Shown: positions 9,306 through 18,468 of the stretch, one piece after another | Layout of the letters: each line of letters starts with the position of its first letter | How positions within the stretch are numbered: the stretch's first letter is position 1 | Virus record (IMG/VR): IMGVR_UViG_3300037520_001345 | From: an uncultured virus (IMG/VR IMGVR_UViG_3300037520_001345) | Taxonomy: Duplodnaviria > Heunggongvirae > Uroviricota > Caudoviricetes | DNA: 64,000 nucleotides | Strand: one strand, 5' to 3' | Translations under genes and position numbers: made by a program | Notes under the pieces: generated by a model | What the model was told of the DNA's origin: nothing | The model's input: only the letters and a program-made list of their open reading frames with translations | Databases searched by the model: none

Positions 9306-10772
9306 ATGTCAAAAGAACAAATGATACTCTGCGATCCATCCGCAGAAAGAGCCGTATTAGCGATTCTGTGCCAATATGGTCGAGAATATTACTATGAAGT
9401 AGCCGATATCTTGTCGGAGGAAACATTTTATATAGACAGCAATATAGTTCTGTATAAATGTATTAAGAATGTTTTTGAAAAGCAGGAAGTACAAAAACTA
9501 GACATAGCATCAATATACTCTGCTGCTAAGAGTCTAGATTTGGACTTTATCTTAAATAAAAAAGAAGAAACTCAGCATCTAAAAGCTATACTAGATTTTC
9601 CAGTTAATGCTGCAAATCTTAATTCTTTTACTAGTAAAATTACTAAACTGTCCATTGCTCGTAAGCTTTATAAAAAGCTTGACGAAGTAAAGAAGGGCTT
9701 ATTAGACGTAAATGGGTCGGAATCTATATCAAAAATTCTAGGTATAGCCGAAGACCCTATTCTCGGTTTTGCTTCATCTCTTAGCGATGGAGATAATAGG
9801 CCGGAACTAATTCATCAAAATATTGATGATTATATGGATAATCTGAAAAACAATCCTATAGATCAGGTTGGTATATCCACAGGTTTTCCTGCATATGACT
9901 TTGCTATTGGTGGAGGTTTGCGTCGTAGCACCATTAATGTTATCGCTGCAAGACCTAAGACAGGAAAAACATTATTGTCAGATAATATGGGTAGAAATAT
10001 TGCTAAACTAGGTATACCAGTTTTAAACATGGATACCGAAATGACAAAAAATGACCATATTCATAGATTACTAGCAATGATGACGGAAATAGATATATCA
10101 AAAATCGAAACAGGAAAATTTAATGAATCTCCAAACCTAAATACAAAAATAGAAAAAGCTATCTCTGAACTTAAAAGTACTCCAATCTATCACAAGTCTA
10201 TTGCTGGGAAATCTTTCGATGAGCAAATGAGTATTATGAGAAGATGGATTGTTCAAGAGGTCGGACTGAATGACGATGGGTCTGCCAAGCCGTGTGTCAT
10301 ATTTTATGATTATCTGAAACTAATGGATACTCAGGGCATGTCTCAGGATATGAAAGAATATCAGGTTTTGGGATTCATGATGACATCTCTGCATAATTTT
10401 GCTACCAAATATCAGATTCCTATTGTAGCTTTTGTTCAGTTAAATAGGGATGGTATTACGAAAGAAAGCACGGATACCGCGAGCGGATCAGATCGTATTA
10501 TCTGGTTATGTAGTAATTTTACTATCTTCAAGCGGAAATCTGAAGAAGAGATGGCGGAAGATGGTCCCGATAATGGTAATAGGAAATTATTGCCACTAGT
10601 GAGTAGGCACGGAGGAGGATTGGACGATAACGATTACATTAATTGTTATATGAAGGGATGGTGTGCAAAAATTACAGAAGGTAAAACAAGATTGGAGTTA
10701 GTCAATGGAAACGGCAGCAACGATGGATTCACCATACAAGAATCAAACTCAGAAGAAATTCCGTTCAATTGA
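9306..10772 (+). CDS. dnaB: Replicative DNA helicase DnaB
   Basis: AERAVL N-terminus, ISTGF, AARPKTGKT, DTEM, FYDYLKLM, QLNR, SGSD. Confidence 0.93.
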   Translation: MSKEQMILCDPSAERAVLAILCQYGREYYYEVADILSEETFYIDSNIVLYKCIKNVFEKQEVQKLDIASIYSAAKSLDLDFILNKKEETQHLKAILDFPVNAANLNSFTSKITKLSIARKLYKKLDEVKKGLLDVNGSESISKILGIAEDPILGFASSLSDGDNRPELIHQNIDDYMDNLKNNPIDQVGISTGFPAYDFAIGGGLRRSTINVIAARPKTGKTLLSDNMGRNIAKLGIPVLNMDTEMTKNDHIHRLLAMMTEIDISKIETGKFNESPNLNTKIEKAISELKSTPIYHKSIAGKSFDEQMSIMRRWIVQEVGLNDDGSAKPCVIFYDYLKLMDTQGMSQDMKEYQVLGFMMTSLHNFATKYQIPIVAFVQLNRDGITKESTDTASGSDRIIWLCSNFTIFKRKSEEEMAEDGPDNGNRKLLPLVSRHGGGLDDNDYINCYMKGWCAKITEGKTRLELVNGNGSNDGFTIQESNSEEIPFN

Positions 10773-11877
10773 TCAGCAGCAACTCAAAGTAATTTGTGAT
10801 GCTGCCTGTGATAAAATTACGGACCTATTTCATTATTTTAATTTAGAGTATCGTGAGAACTCTAAGTTTTATAGTATGTGTTGTCCTATTCATAAGGGAG
10901 ACAACCCGTCTGCTCTAAATATATATCATATAGGAGATTCTTATAGAGGTAACTGGAAATGCAGAACTCATCAATGTGAAAAAATATTCAAAGGGTCTAT
11001 TATTGGATTTATTAGAGGTATTATATCTCAACAAAAATATGATTGGCAAGAAGAAGGGGATGATATAGCTTCGTTTAATGAAGCATTAGAATTTATACAA
11101 AAATTTGTCAACATAGATGCTGCTCATCTTTCTGTCGATCCTACTGTCAAAGATAAAAATATGTTCGTGGCTAATATGTCTATTGTTAGCAAAACATCAA
11201 AAAATACATCACATCAATATCCAACTAGAGAATCTGTAAGAAATCTCTTAAATATTCCTAGTCCATATTTTTTACAAAGAGGATTTTCAGGTGAAATTTT
11301 AGACAAATATGATGTGGGAGACTGTACTGTTGTTGGAAAAGAAATGAATAATAGAGCAGTGGTTCCTATTTATGATACGACACATCAACATATGGTTGGG
11401 TGCTCTGGAAGAAGCGTATGCGACAAATGCGACTCATGCGGAGGACACCACAATGCCGATATAAAGTGTGAAATAGGTAGGACATTCAGTAAATGGAGAC
11501 ATAGCAAGGGGTTTGCTACACAAACTTCATTATATAATTTATGGTATGCTAAAGAATATGTTCAAAAAACAGGCTCTATTATCATAGTGGAGAGTCCTGG
11601 TAATGTTTGGAAATTAGAAATGGCTGGAATTCATAATGCTGTTGCTATTTATGGATCTTCGATGACAGATAAACAAAAAATGTTATTGGATATTTCTGGT
11701 GCTATGAATATATATTTATTATTGGATAACGACGAAGCCGGACATAGCGGCAGAAAAGTAATAGAAAGTAAATGTCATAAAACATATAATATATATAATA
11801 TACATATCGATACAAACGACGTAGCCGATATGAGTGTGGAACAAATTCAGGAAGTTATAGGAAAACAAATACAATGA
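10705..11877 (+). CDS. dnaG: DNA primase (CHC2-like Zn domain + TOPRIM)
   Basis: CPIHKGDNPS...WKCRTHQC; RAVVPI...GCSGR; IIVESPGN; LLDNDEAG; NDVAD. Confidence 0.88.
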   Translation: METAATMDSPYKNQTQKKFRSIDQQQLKVICDAACDKITDLFHYFNLEYRENSKFYSMCCPIHKGDNPSALNIYHIGDSYRGNWKCRTHQCEKIFKGSIIGFIRGIISQQKYDWQEEGDDIASFNEALEFIQKFVNIDAAHLSVDPTVKDKNMFVANMSIVSKTSKNTSHQYPTRESVRNLLNIPSPYFLQRGFSGEILDKYDVGDCTVVGKEMNNRAVVPIYDTTHQHMVGCSGRSVCDKCDSCGGHHNADIKCEIGRTFSKWRHSKGFATQTSLYNLWYAKEYVQKTGSIIIVESPGNVWKLEMAGIHNAVAIYGSSMTDKQKMLLDISGAMNIYLLLDNDEAGHSGRKVIESKCHKTYNIYNIHIDTNDVADMSVEQIQEVIGKQIQ

Positions 11878-12608
11878 CAAAAATTATAGGTTTTTCAGGT
11901 AAAAAACAATCTGGCAAAAGCAGCTGTGCTAATTTTTTATACGCTAATTTTTTAGCAAATACGAATGCCTTTACTAAGGTAATTATGAATAACTTCGGAC
12001 AAATAGAAGTTATTAAACCAGATAATTCTCAACATATTGTTGACGTATTTGATTATTATCATCTTCGACCAAATATTGATACTTATATTTTAGATGTTAT
12101 ACAAAAATTGTCTGGATCAATTAAAGTCTATAGTTTTGCAGATATTCTGAAAAAACAAATATGTATCGACATACTAGGATTAACATACGAACAGTGTTAC
12201 GGCACAGATGAACAAAAAAATACAACGACCGATATGAGCTTAGACGGTCAGTCTCTAACAGCTAGAGAAGTTATGCAAATTGTCGGCACAGACTTTTTTA
12301 GAAAAATCAAAGTAGATATTTGGCCAGAATCAACAATAAGAAAAATTTTAATGGACCAACCACAAATTGCTCTTATTAACGACTGTAGATTTCCTAATGA
12401 AGTAGCTGCAATCAAAAATCATAATGGCTGTGTTATCAGGCTAACAAGAAATATTTATGGAGATGACTCATCTCATGAATCAGAAAATATTTTGAATCAA
12501 GATAGATACGATTGGAATAATTTTAATTATATATTGGATAATAGTAATCTAGATATACTTCAACAGTCAGAACAATTATTTCCAATTTTTATAGAAAACA
12601 TAAAATGA
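11874..12608 (+). CDS. Deoxynucleoside monophosphate kinase (T4 gp1-like)
   Basis: IIGFSGKKQSGKSS, FADILK, REVMQIVGTD, DCRFPNE. Confidence 0.85.
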   Translation: MTKIIGFSGKKQSGKSSCANFLYANFLANTNAFTKVIMNNFGQIEVIKPDNSQHIVDVFDYYHLRPNIDTYILDVIQKLSGSIKVYSFADILKKQICIDILGLTYEQCYGTDEQKNTTTDMSLDGQSLTAREVMQIVGTDFFRKIKVDIWPESTIRKILMDQPQIALINDCRFPNEVAAIKNHNGCVIRLTRNIYGDDSSHESENILNQDRYDWNNFNYILDNSNLDILQQSEQLFPIFIENIK

Positions 12609-13645
12609 TTATTACTTATTTTCGTAGTTCATCTTTTAATGCTCACTCTATGTGTGAGCAACAATATTTTGGAGAATATGTATTAGGATGGAGAGGTCTT
12701 TCAGGTAAAAAAGCAGACAAGGGAACAATTGTACATAAAATTTTAGAGATTCTGGCTTTTATTAAAAAAGCAGAACAAAATAACCAGATCACTATTGTAG
12801 ATGATGTTGTTGGAGAATTAGATGTTAATAACTACGATTTAGATACTATTATTGAACAGGTATATGATTATTATACAAACACAAACCAACATCATAAATG
12901 GATGCCAGTAGATAAAAAGGATTGTCGAGAATGGGTATATAAAACCTTAAATTATAATAATGGGATGTTTGATCCTAGAAAAAGACATATAGTTGAAGCA
13001 GAACAGCACTTTGATTTTGAAATAAAAAAACCATGGAGCAAATACAGTTTTACTATAGACGATCAAGAAATATCCGGTCATTTGGCACTAAAAGGTACTA
13101 TTGATCTTATAACTAAGGTAAATGATAATACATTAGAAATTATAGACTGGAAAACAGGTAAAAGATTAAATTGGGCTACTGGTAAAACTAAAGAACAAGA
13201 AGACTTAGAAAAAGATCCACAATTAAGAATTTATCATTATGCTTTAACTCGCTTATATCCAGAAATTGATCATGTAATAGTTTCTATTAATTTTATTAAC
13301 GATGGTGGGGCTTTCTCTATTTGTTTTGATAAAAAGGACTTAATAGCGACAGAAGACATGTTGAGACAAAAATTTGAAATCATAAAAAAATCAAAGAAGC
13401 CAAAATTGACAAAATCGTGGATGTGTAGTAAGCTGTGTCATTTGGGAAAAACCACGTTCGAAAATACCGCAGTCCCCCCACTTGTTGAATACAGAGATGG
13501 TCAAATATCTCCTAAAGATAAGTATATGACTAAATGTGAACAAATCAAACACGATATTGAATTATATGATATTCAATTTGTTACACAGCAGTATAAACAT
13601 CCTAATCATAATTTTGGCTTTTATAAACCACCGGGACAAACATGA
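12605..13645 (+). CDS. PD-(D/E)xK RecB/AddB/Cas4-like exonuclease, probably Fe-S
   Basis: N-terminal C, KGTIVH, KGTIDLI, IIDWKTG, QLRIY, C-terminal CSKLC...C. Confidence 0.85.
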   Translation: MIITYFRSSSFNAHSMCEQQYFGEYVLGWRGLSGKKADKGTIVHKILEILAFIKKAEQNNQITIVDDVVGELDVNNYDLDTIIEQVYDYYTNTNQHHKWMPVDKKDCREWVYKTLNYNNGMFDPRKRHIVEAEQHFDFEIKKPWSKYSFTIDDQEISGHLALKGTIDLITKVNDNTLEIIDWKTGKRLNWATGKTKEQEDLEKDPQLRIYHYALTRLYPEIDHVIVSINFINDGGAFSICFDKKDLIATEDMLRQKFEIIKKSKKPKLTKSWMCSKLCHLGKTTFENTAVPPLVEYRDGQISPKDKYMTKCEQIKHDIELYDIQFVTQQYKHPNHNFGFYKPPGQT

Positions 13646-15516
13646 AAACATATATTCCTCTACATGTACACAGTCATTATTCCTTACTTGATGGTTTGTC
13701 AAAACCTGATCAAATAGCGGATAGGTGTGCAGAAATAGGTGTTGATACTTGTGCAATCACTGATCACGGGACTATATCCGGTACTGTAAAGTTTCACAGC
13801 ATAATGAAAAAGAAGGGCATTAAACCTATTCTTGGTTGTGAATTATATATTTGTGATCAATCTCCATCTACTAAAACCCCAGAAAACAGATCTTTAGCTC
13901 ATTTATTAGTATTGGCAAAAAACTATCAAGGATGGAAAACCCTAATAAAAATAGTTTCTGAATCAAACAATCCTGATTATTATTACTATAAACCTAGATT
14001 AGATATTCAAACATTAGGATCTCTGTTAGACGGTAATCTTATAGGCATATCTGGACACCTAGGATCGACTGTAGCAGATTGTATTGTTCGTGACGACAAA
14101 ATAAAAGATGATTGGGAAACAGGGGCCATAAAACATATTGATCTATTACAGAATGCCTTTGGAAAAGATAATTTTTTCCTAGAAACACAATTAATGGATT
14201 CTCAGAATCTATTAATACAAAAACATCTCACAGATTGTGTTAGAAAAATAGCTCGTCAAAAAAATATTAAAGCAATTTGTACACCCGATGCTCACTACTG
14301 TAGAAAAGAAGATGCTGTTGACCAAAGGATTCTGTTGTGCAATAATTTAAAAACTACGTTACCAGCTATAAATACAAAAATTCTAAATAAAGACGATGTC
14401 CCTATGGGCACCTTCTTTCTTTCTGATAATTATCATATATTAGATCATCAAGAAATGTCTGCTTTACATTTTGAAGAAGAATTAGACAATACTCACTATA
14501 TAAATAGTTTATGCGAAAACTATGATATAGTACACAAGCCAACTTTACCAGATTTTAAATGTCCAAACCAAATATCTGAAGACGAGTATCTTAGAGAATT
14601 ATGTAGGCATGGATGGAAAAATAAAAATCTCAATAGTCTGGAAGATAATGTCAAAAATAATTATGTTGATCGTATAAAATACGAATTAGAGGTTCTACAG
14701 GGGGCTGGTCTGTCGAGTTATTTTCTTATCGTACAGGATATAGTTAATCATGTAAAACAAAATGACTGGCTTCCCGGCCCAGGAAGAGGAAGTGCGGCTG
14801 GATGTCTAGTATCATATTTAATAGGCATCACTAGTATAGATCCTATGCAATATGGACTACTGTTTGATAGATTTTATAATGCTGGTCGAAATACTAAAGA
14901 TCATATTTCTATGCCAGATATTGATATTGACGTACCTATCAACAAGAGAGAAGAAATTATTCAATATATTAAAAATCAGTATGGTTCTAGCAAAGTGTCT
15001 CAAATGATTACTTTTAATACTATGAAAGGCAGAGGAGCTTTAAAAGACGTATTAAGAGTTTATGGTAATATTAGTTTTGATGAAATGAATATGATTACTA
15101 AAAATATACCAGATGAAGCAAAAATTGCGGACGAACTACAAGAAATGAAAGACGAGTATGGGGAATCTTCGATTATTCGTTGGGCATTAGAAAATAATTC
15201 AGAAGGTCTTGAGCAGTGGTGCAAGATCGACGATGAAGGAAACTTGTCTGGCCCTCTGGCGAAGCGTTTCGAGCAGGCTATTAGGCTGGAAGGGACCAAA
15301 ACCAACCAATCTAAACATGCGGCTGGTATCGCTATCAGTTCACAGGCTCTTGCCGAACTCTGTCCTATGGTTTATGATAGTAGGAACGAACAGACCATAG
15401 CCGGTATGGAGATGCAAGACCTAGAAAGTTTAGGTATTGTAAAATTCGATATTCTAGGTATCGCTATGCTAGATAAGATTATGTGCATAAAAGATTTATT
15501 ATCTCATCAGGTCTGA
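13642..15516 (+). CDS. dnaE: DNA polymerase III alpha, N-terminal half (PHP + palm + thumb)
   Basis: LHVHSHYSLLDG, AITDHG, DAHY, GPGRGSAAG, MPDIDID, SKHAAG, ends just after KFDILG. Confidence 0.93.
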   Translation: MKTYIPLHVHSHYSLLDGLSKPDQIADRCAEIGVDTCAITDHGTISGTVKFHSIMKKKGIKPILGCELYICDQSPSTKTPENRSLAHLLVLAKNYQGWKTLIKIVSESNNPDYYYYKPRLDIQTLGSLLDGNLIGISGHLGSTVADCIVRDDKIKDDWETGAIKHIDLLQNAFGKDNFFLETQLMDSQNLLIQKHLTDCVRKIARQKNIKAICTPDAHYCRKEDAVDQRILLCNNLKTTLPAINTKILNKDDVPMGTFFLSDNYHILDHQEMSALHFEEELDNTHYINSLCENYDIVHKPTLPDFKCPNQISEDEYLRELCRHGWKNKNLNSLEDNVKNNYVDRIKYELEVLQGAGLSSYFLIVQDIVNHVKQNDWLPGPGRGSAAGCLVSYLIGITSIDPMQYGLLFDRFYNAGRNTKDHISMPDIDIDVPINKREEIIQYIKNQYGSSKVSQMITFNTMKGRGALKDVLRVYGNISFDEMNMITKNIPDEAKIADELQEMKDEYGESSIIRWALENNSEGLEQWCKIDDEGNLSGPLAKRFEQAIRLEGTKTNQSKHAAGIAISSQALAELCPMVYDSRNEQTIAGMEMQDLESLGIVKFDILGIAMLDKIMCIKDLLSHQV

Positions 15517-15540
15517 TTCCAAAAAGAAAGGGTTCTAAAT

Positions 15541-15720
15541 ATGTTAGAAAAACAGTTTATTGATATTGAGGTAAATTCTGTATTCGTATTAGATGATTTA
15601 GAATATACAAAGATAGGAGAAGAAAGACTTAGTTGTTGCAAGGTGCTTAATGCCATTCGTAACGACACCAAAGAAAAAGTCATGATTCTTCCATTACAGC
15701 GAGTAAAGGTTTCAGCATGA
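15541..15720 (+). CDS. 59-aa hypothetical protein (MLEKQFIDIEVNSVFVLDDLEYTKIGEERLSCCKVLNAIRNDTKEKVMILPLQRVKVSA), below the ORF-track cutoff
   Basis: Translated by hand; purine-rich AAAGGG upstream; ATGA overlap with dnaQ. Confidence 0.7.
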   Translation: MLEKQFIDIEVNSVFVLDDLEYTKIGEERLSCCKVLNAIRNDTKEKVMILPLQRVKVSA

Positions 15721-16409
15721 AATTTAGTAACAAAATATGTATCTTTGATCTAGAAACAGACGGAGTGAATCCTAATGTTTGTAGTGCAGTACAAATAGCT
15801 GCTGTGATAGTGGATCCAATAAAATTAGAAATAGTTAAGGATTCCGAATTTAATATAATGCTTAAGCCAGAAAGCTTAGAACTCAATCCTAATCACGAAT
15901 ATGATAATGATATTCTAAATTTTCATGCCAAAGTTAGGAATTGTTCCAGAGATGATATTTTATGTTCGTGGAAAGAAGCTATGCCACAAAAACAAGCATG
16001 GTCCTTATTCTGTGGATATTTAGATAAGTATCATTCGAGAACTAGTAAGAAAAATGAATTTTCTGCTCCTATAGCTTCTGGATATAATATCAACAGATTT
16101 GATCTAAAAATAGTTAATCGTATGGCTCAAAAATTTAATACAGTCAATAAAGAAAACGATAGTAATATTTTTTACCCACGAGACGTAATAGATATTATGA
16201 ATCTATTATATTATTGGTTTATGTATTTAGAAGATGTCAAATCAATATCATTAGATAATGTTAGAGATTATTTTTCTATATCTAAAGATAATGCTCACGA
16301 CGCTCTAAAAGATGTAAAAGATTGTGCTGATATCTTACTTAGATTTTTAAAGTTACATAAGAATTTATCACAAAAAATTAAATTTAAGGGTGCCTTTGGA
16401 GATGTTTGA
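15717..16409 (+). CDS. dnaQ: DEDDh 3'-5' exonuclease (Pol III epsilon-like)
   Basis: FDLETDG (ExoI), GYNINRFD (ExoII), AHDALKD (ExoIII). Confidence 0.9.
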   Translation: MKFSNKICIFDLETDGVNPNVCSAVQIAAVIVDPIKLEIVKDSEFNIMLKPESLELNPNHEYDNDILNFHAKVRNCSRDDILCSWKEAMPQKQAWSLFCGYLDKYHSRTSKKNEFSAPIASGYNINRFDLKIVNRMAQKFNTVNKENDSNIFYPRDVIDIMNLLYYWFMYLEDVKSISLDNVRDYFSISKDNAHDALKDVKDCADILLRFLKLHKNLSQKIKFKGAFGDV

Positions 16410-17952
16410 AGCAGATATATCTAAAATTGATTTGGCTTGTTCCAAAACCTGGAATTTAATATCAAATGGAAATACTAAGGGGTGTTTTCAGTTGGAGTCC
16501 AGGCTAGGAAGGTCTTTGGCTAAAAAACTAAAACCATCAAATATAGAAGAATTAGCTGCACTAATTTCTATTATGCGACCAGGATGTTTGGAGGCATATA
16601 GAGACGGAAAAAGCGTAACCAGTCACTATATCGACAAAAAGAATGGTGTCGAAGATATCGATTATTTTCATGAGTGTTTGGAGCCTATTCTGAATACTAC
16701 ATATGGTGAAATGGTATATCAGGAACAAGCTATGCAAATAGCTAAAGATATTGCTGGTTTCGATTTGCAAGAAGCAGACAATTTGCGTAAAGCTATTGGT
16801 AAAAAGAAACCAGAAGAAATGGCAAAACTTAAAATCAAATTTATAGACGGTTGTGCTAATAGAAAATTATTAAATGCAGAACAAGCTGATCAGGTTTTCG
16901 GATGGATCGAAAAAAGTCAAAGATATTCTTTTAATAAATCGCACGCTATTAGTTATGCTATGAATTGTTACTTATCAGCATATGCTAAAGCTCACTATCC
17001 TGTTTATTTTTTTACGGCTTACCTAAGATTTGCCAAAGATAAAATAGATCCTCAACAAGAAATTAAAGAACTGGTACAAAATGCTATAGAGATGGGAATT
17101 AGTATATGTAATCCAGATGTAAGAATGCTAAACGATCTTATAGAACTTAAAAACCAACATATATATTTCGGACTAACAGATATTAAAGGTTTTGGTCAAT
17201 CAGCATTTAAAAAACTAAAACACCTAATACATACAGACAATCTAGATCTTGCTAAATTAAAATGGACAGAATTTTTGATAGATGTTTTGTATGAATTGAA
17301 TTCCACAGCTAGTAAAGCACTAATTCAATCCGGAGCATTGGATTATTTGAAGTTACACAGAAACAAAATGCTGTTGGATTACAGTATGTTATTAGAATTA
17401 ACACCCAAAGAGGTCGCTCTACTTAAGAGTATATCTTTGAACACAGATGATCTATATACTAGTCTGTGTCAATTAAAAGAAAAAATAACTTTGAATAAAC
17501 GTAAAGAAATAGTCAATAATTTATGTAAAACAATGAAAAATCCTCCATTTTCCATTGAAGACTCTATAGAATGGCTTGTTGATACTGAGAACATGTTGTT
17601 GGGTTATTCTATCTCCTGTTCTAAAATAGACATGTATGATATTCACATGGTAAGTCATTCTTGTAGAGACATTAAGCATAATAAATGCAGCAACAATAAT
17701 TTGATGGTGGCCGGTGAGATAGAGAATATCAATATAGTCAAAACAAAGAAGGGCAAAAATGCTGGAGCCGAGATGGCTTTTCTATCCATAAATGATGGTA
17801 CTGCCTGTTTGGATTCTGTGGTATATTTTCCAGAAACTTTTAGACAATACCGTAACCAATTATTTGAAGGTAATATTATTATCATCAAGGGCAATATATC
17901 TAAAAATAAGGATTCGTTTGTTGCTGAAAAGACGTTTTTAGCAAAAACTTGA
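16390..17952 (+). CDS. dnaE: DNA polymerase III alpha, C-terminal half (fingers, HhH, OB fold); start may be ATG 16402
   Basis: GCFQLES, MRPG, YQEQAM, ADNLRKAIGKK, YSFNKSHA, IKGFG, EMAFLSIND. Confidence 0.92.
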   Translation: MPLEMFEADISKIDLACSKTWNLISNGNTKGCFQLESRLGRSLAKKLKPSNIEELAALISIMRPGCLEAYRDGKSVTSHYIDKKNGVEDIDYFHECLEPILNTTYGEMVYQEQAMQIAKDIAGFDLQEADNLRKAIGKKKPEEMAKLKIKFIDGCANRKLLNAEQADQVFGWIEKSQRYSFNKSHAISYAMNCYLSAYAKAHYPVYFFTAYLRFAKDKIDPQQEIKELVQNAIEMGISICNPDVRMLNDLIELKNQHIYFGLTDIKGFGQSAFKKLKHLIHTDNLDLAKLKWTEFLIDVLYELNSTASKALIQSGALDYLKLHRNKMLLDYSMLLELTPKEVALLKSISLNTDDLYTSLCQLKEKITLNKRKEIVNNLCKTMKNPPFSIEDSIEWLVDTENMLLGYSISCSKIDMYDIHMVSHSCRDIKHNKCSNNNLMVAGEIENINIVKTKKGKNAGAEMAFLSINDGTACLDSVVYFPETFRQYRNQLFEGNIIIIKGNISKNKDSFVAEKTFLAKT

Positions 17953-17977
17953 CATGCTGGTACACCACCAATACTAT
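17949..17977 (+). promoter_or_regulatory. Sigma70-like promoter for ssb
   Basis: TTGACA (17949-17954), 17-bp spacer, TACTAT (17972-17977). Confidence 0.7.
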
Positions 17978-18024
17978 ACTGTGCGTTTGCGTGATTTTTA
18001 ACTTTTTACAAAGGAAATTTGAAT

Positions 18025-18393
18025 ATGAATATTGTATTACTTAGAGGTAATCTAACTCGTGATCCTGAGATTAGGAAAATCGAAGGCAGATCAAAGCCTG
18101 TGTCTGTGGTAAATTTCACCATTGCTGTATCTCGTGAATATACCAAGGCTTCTGGCGAAAAGGATAAGATTACCACTTTTGTTAATTGCGAAGCTTGGGA
18201 TTCTGGAGCAGAGATTATAGCGGAATCCTTTAGGAAGGGTGACTTGGTAATGGTAGAAGGATCTCTTAGAAATGACTCGTGGGAAAAGGATGGGGTCAAG
18301 CATAGTACTCTACGTATTAGAGTAAACAACTTTTCTAAGATCACCAAGCTGTCTAAGTCTCAGTCAGTTGATACAGAGGCTGTGGCTTTCTAA
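18025..18393 (+). CDS. ssb: Single-stranded DNA-binding protein
   Basis: LRGNLTRDPE, FTIAV, FVNCEAW, KGDLVMVEGSL; acidic tail ending in F; AAGGA SD before ATG 18025. Confidence 0.95.
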   Translation: MNIVLLRGNLTRDPEIRKIEGRSKPVSVVNFTIAVSREYTKASGEKDKITTFVNCEAWDSGAEIIAESFRKGDLVMVEGSLRNDSWEKDGVKHSTLRIRVNNFSKITKLSKSQSVDTEAVAF

Positions 18394-18417
18394 GTTATCC
18401 CATAAACAGATTTAAAG

Positions 18418-18451
18418 ATGGGGCTGTTGAAAAAAGACAGCCCTATTTTTA
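18418..18451 (+). terminator. Rho-independent terminator after ssb
   Basis: GGGCTGT-loop-ACAGCCC stem followed by TATTTTT. Confidence 0.8.
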
Positions 18452-18468
18452 TAAACACACAAATTTTC

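Noticed and set aside
12605..13645. CRISPR-Cas system suggested by the Cas4-like gene
   Set aside because: No repeat-spacer array or other cas genes; solo Cas4/AddB-like nucleases are common in phage replication modules.
15450..16450. Split intein or group I intron joining the dnaE halves
   Set aside because: No intein terminal motifs or extra residues at either junction, and the gap is fully occupied by two coupled ORFs.
18418..18468. ORF-track start of the glycosyltransferase at 18418
   Set aside because: It lies inside the terminator hairpin; ATG 18469 is more plausible.
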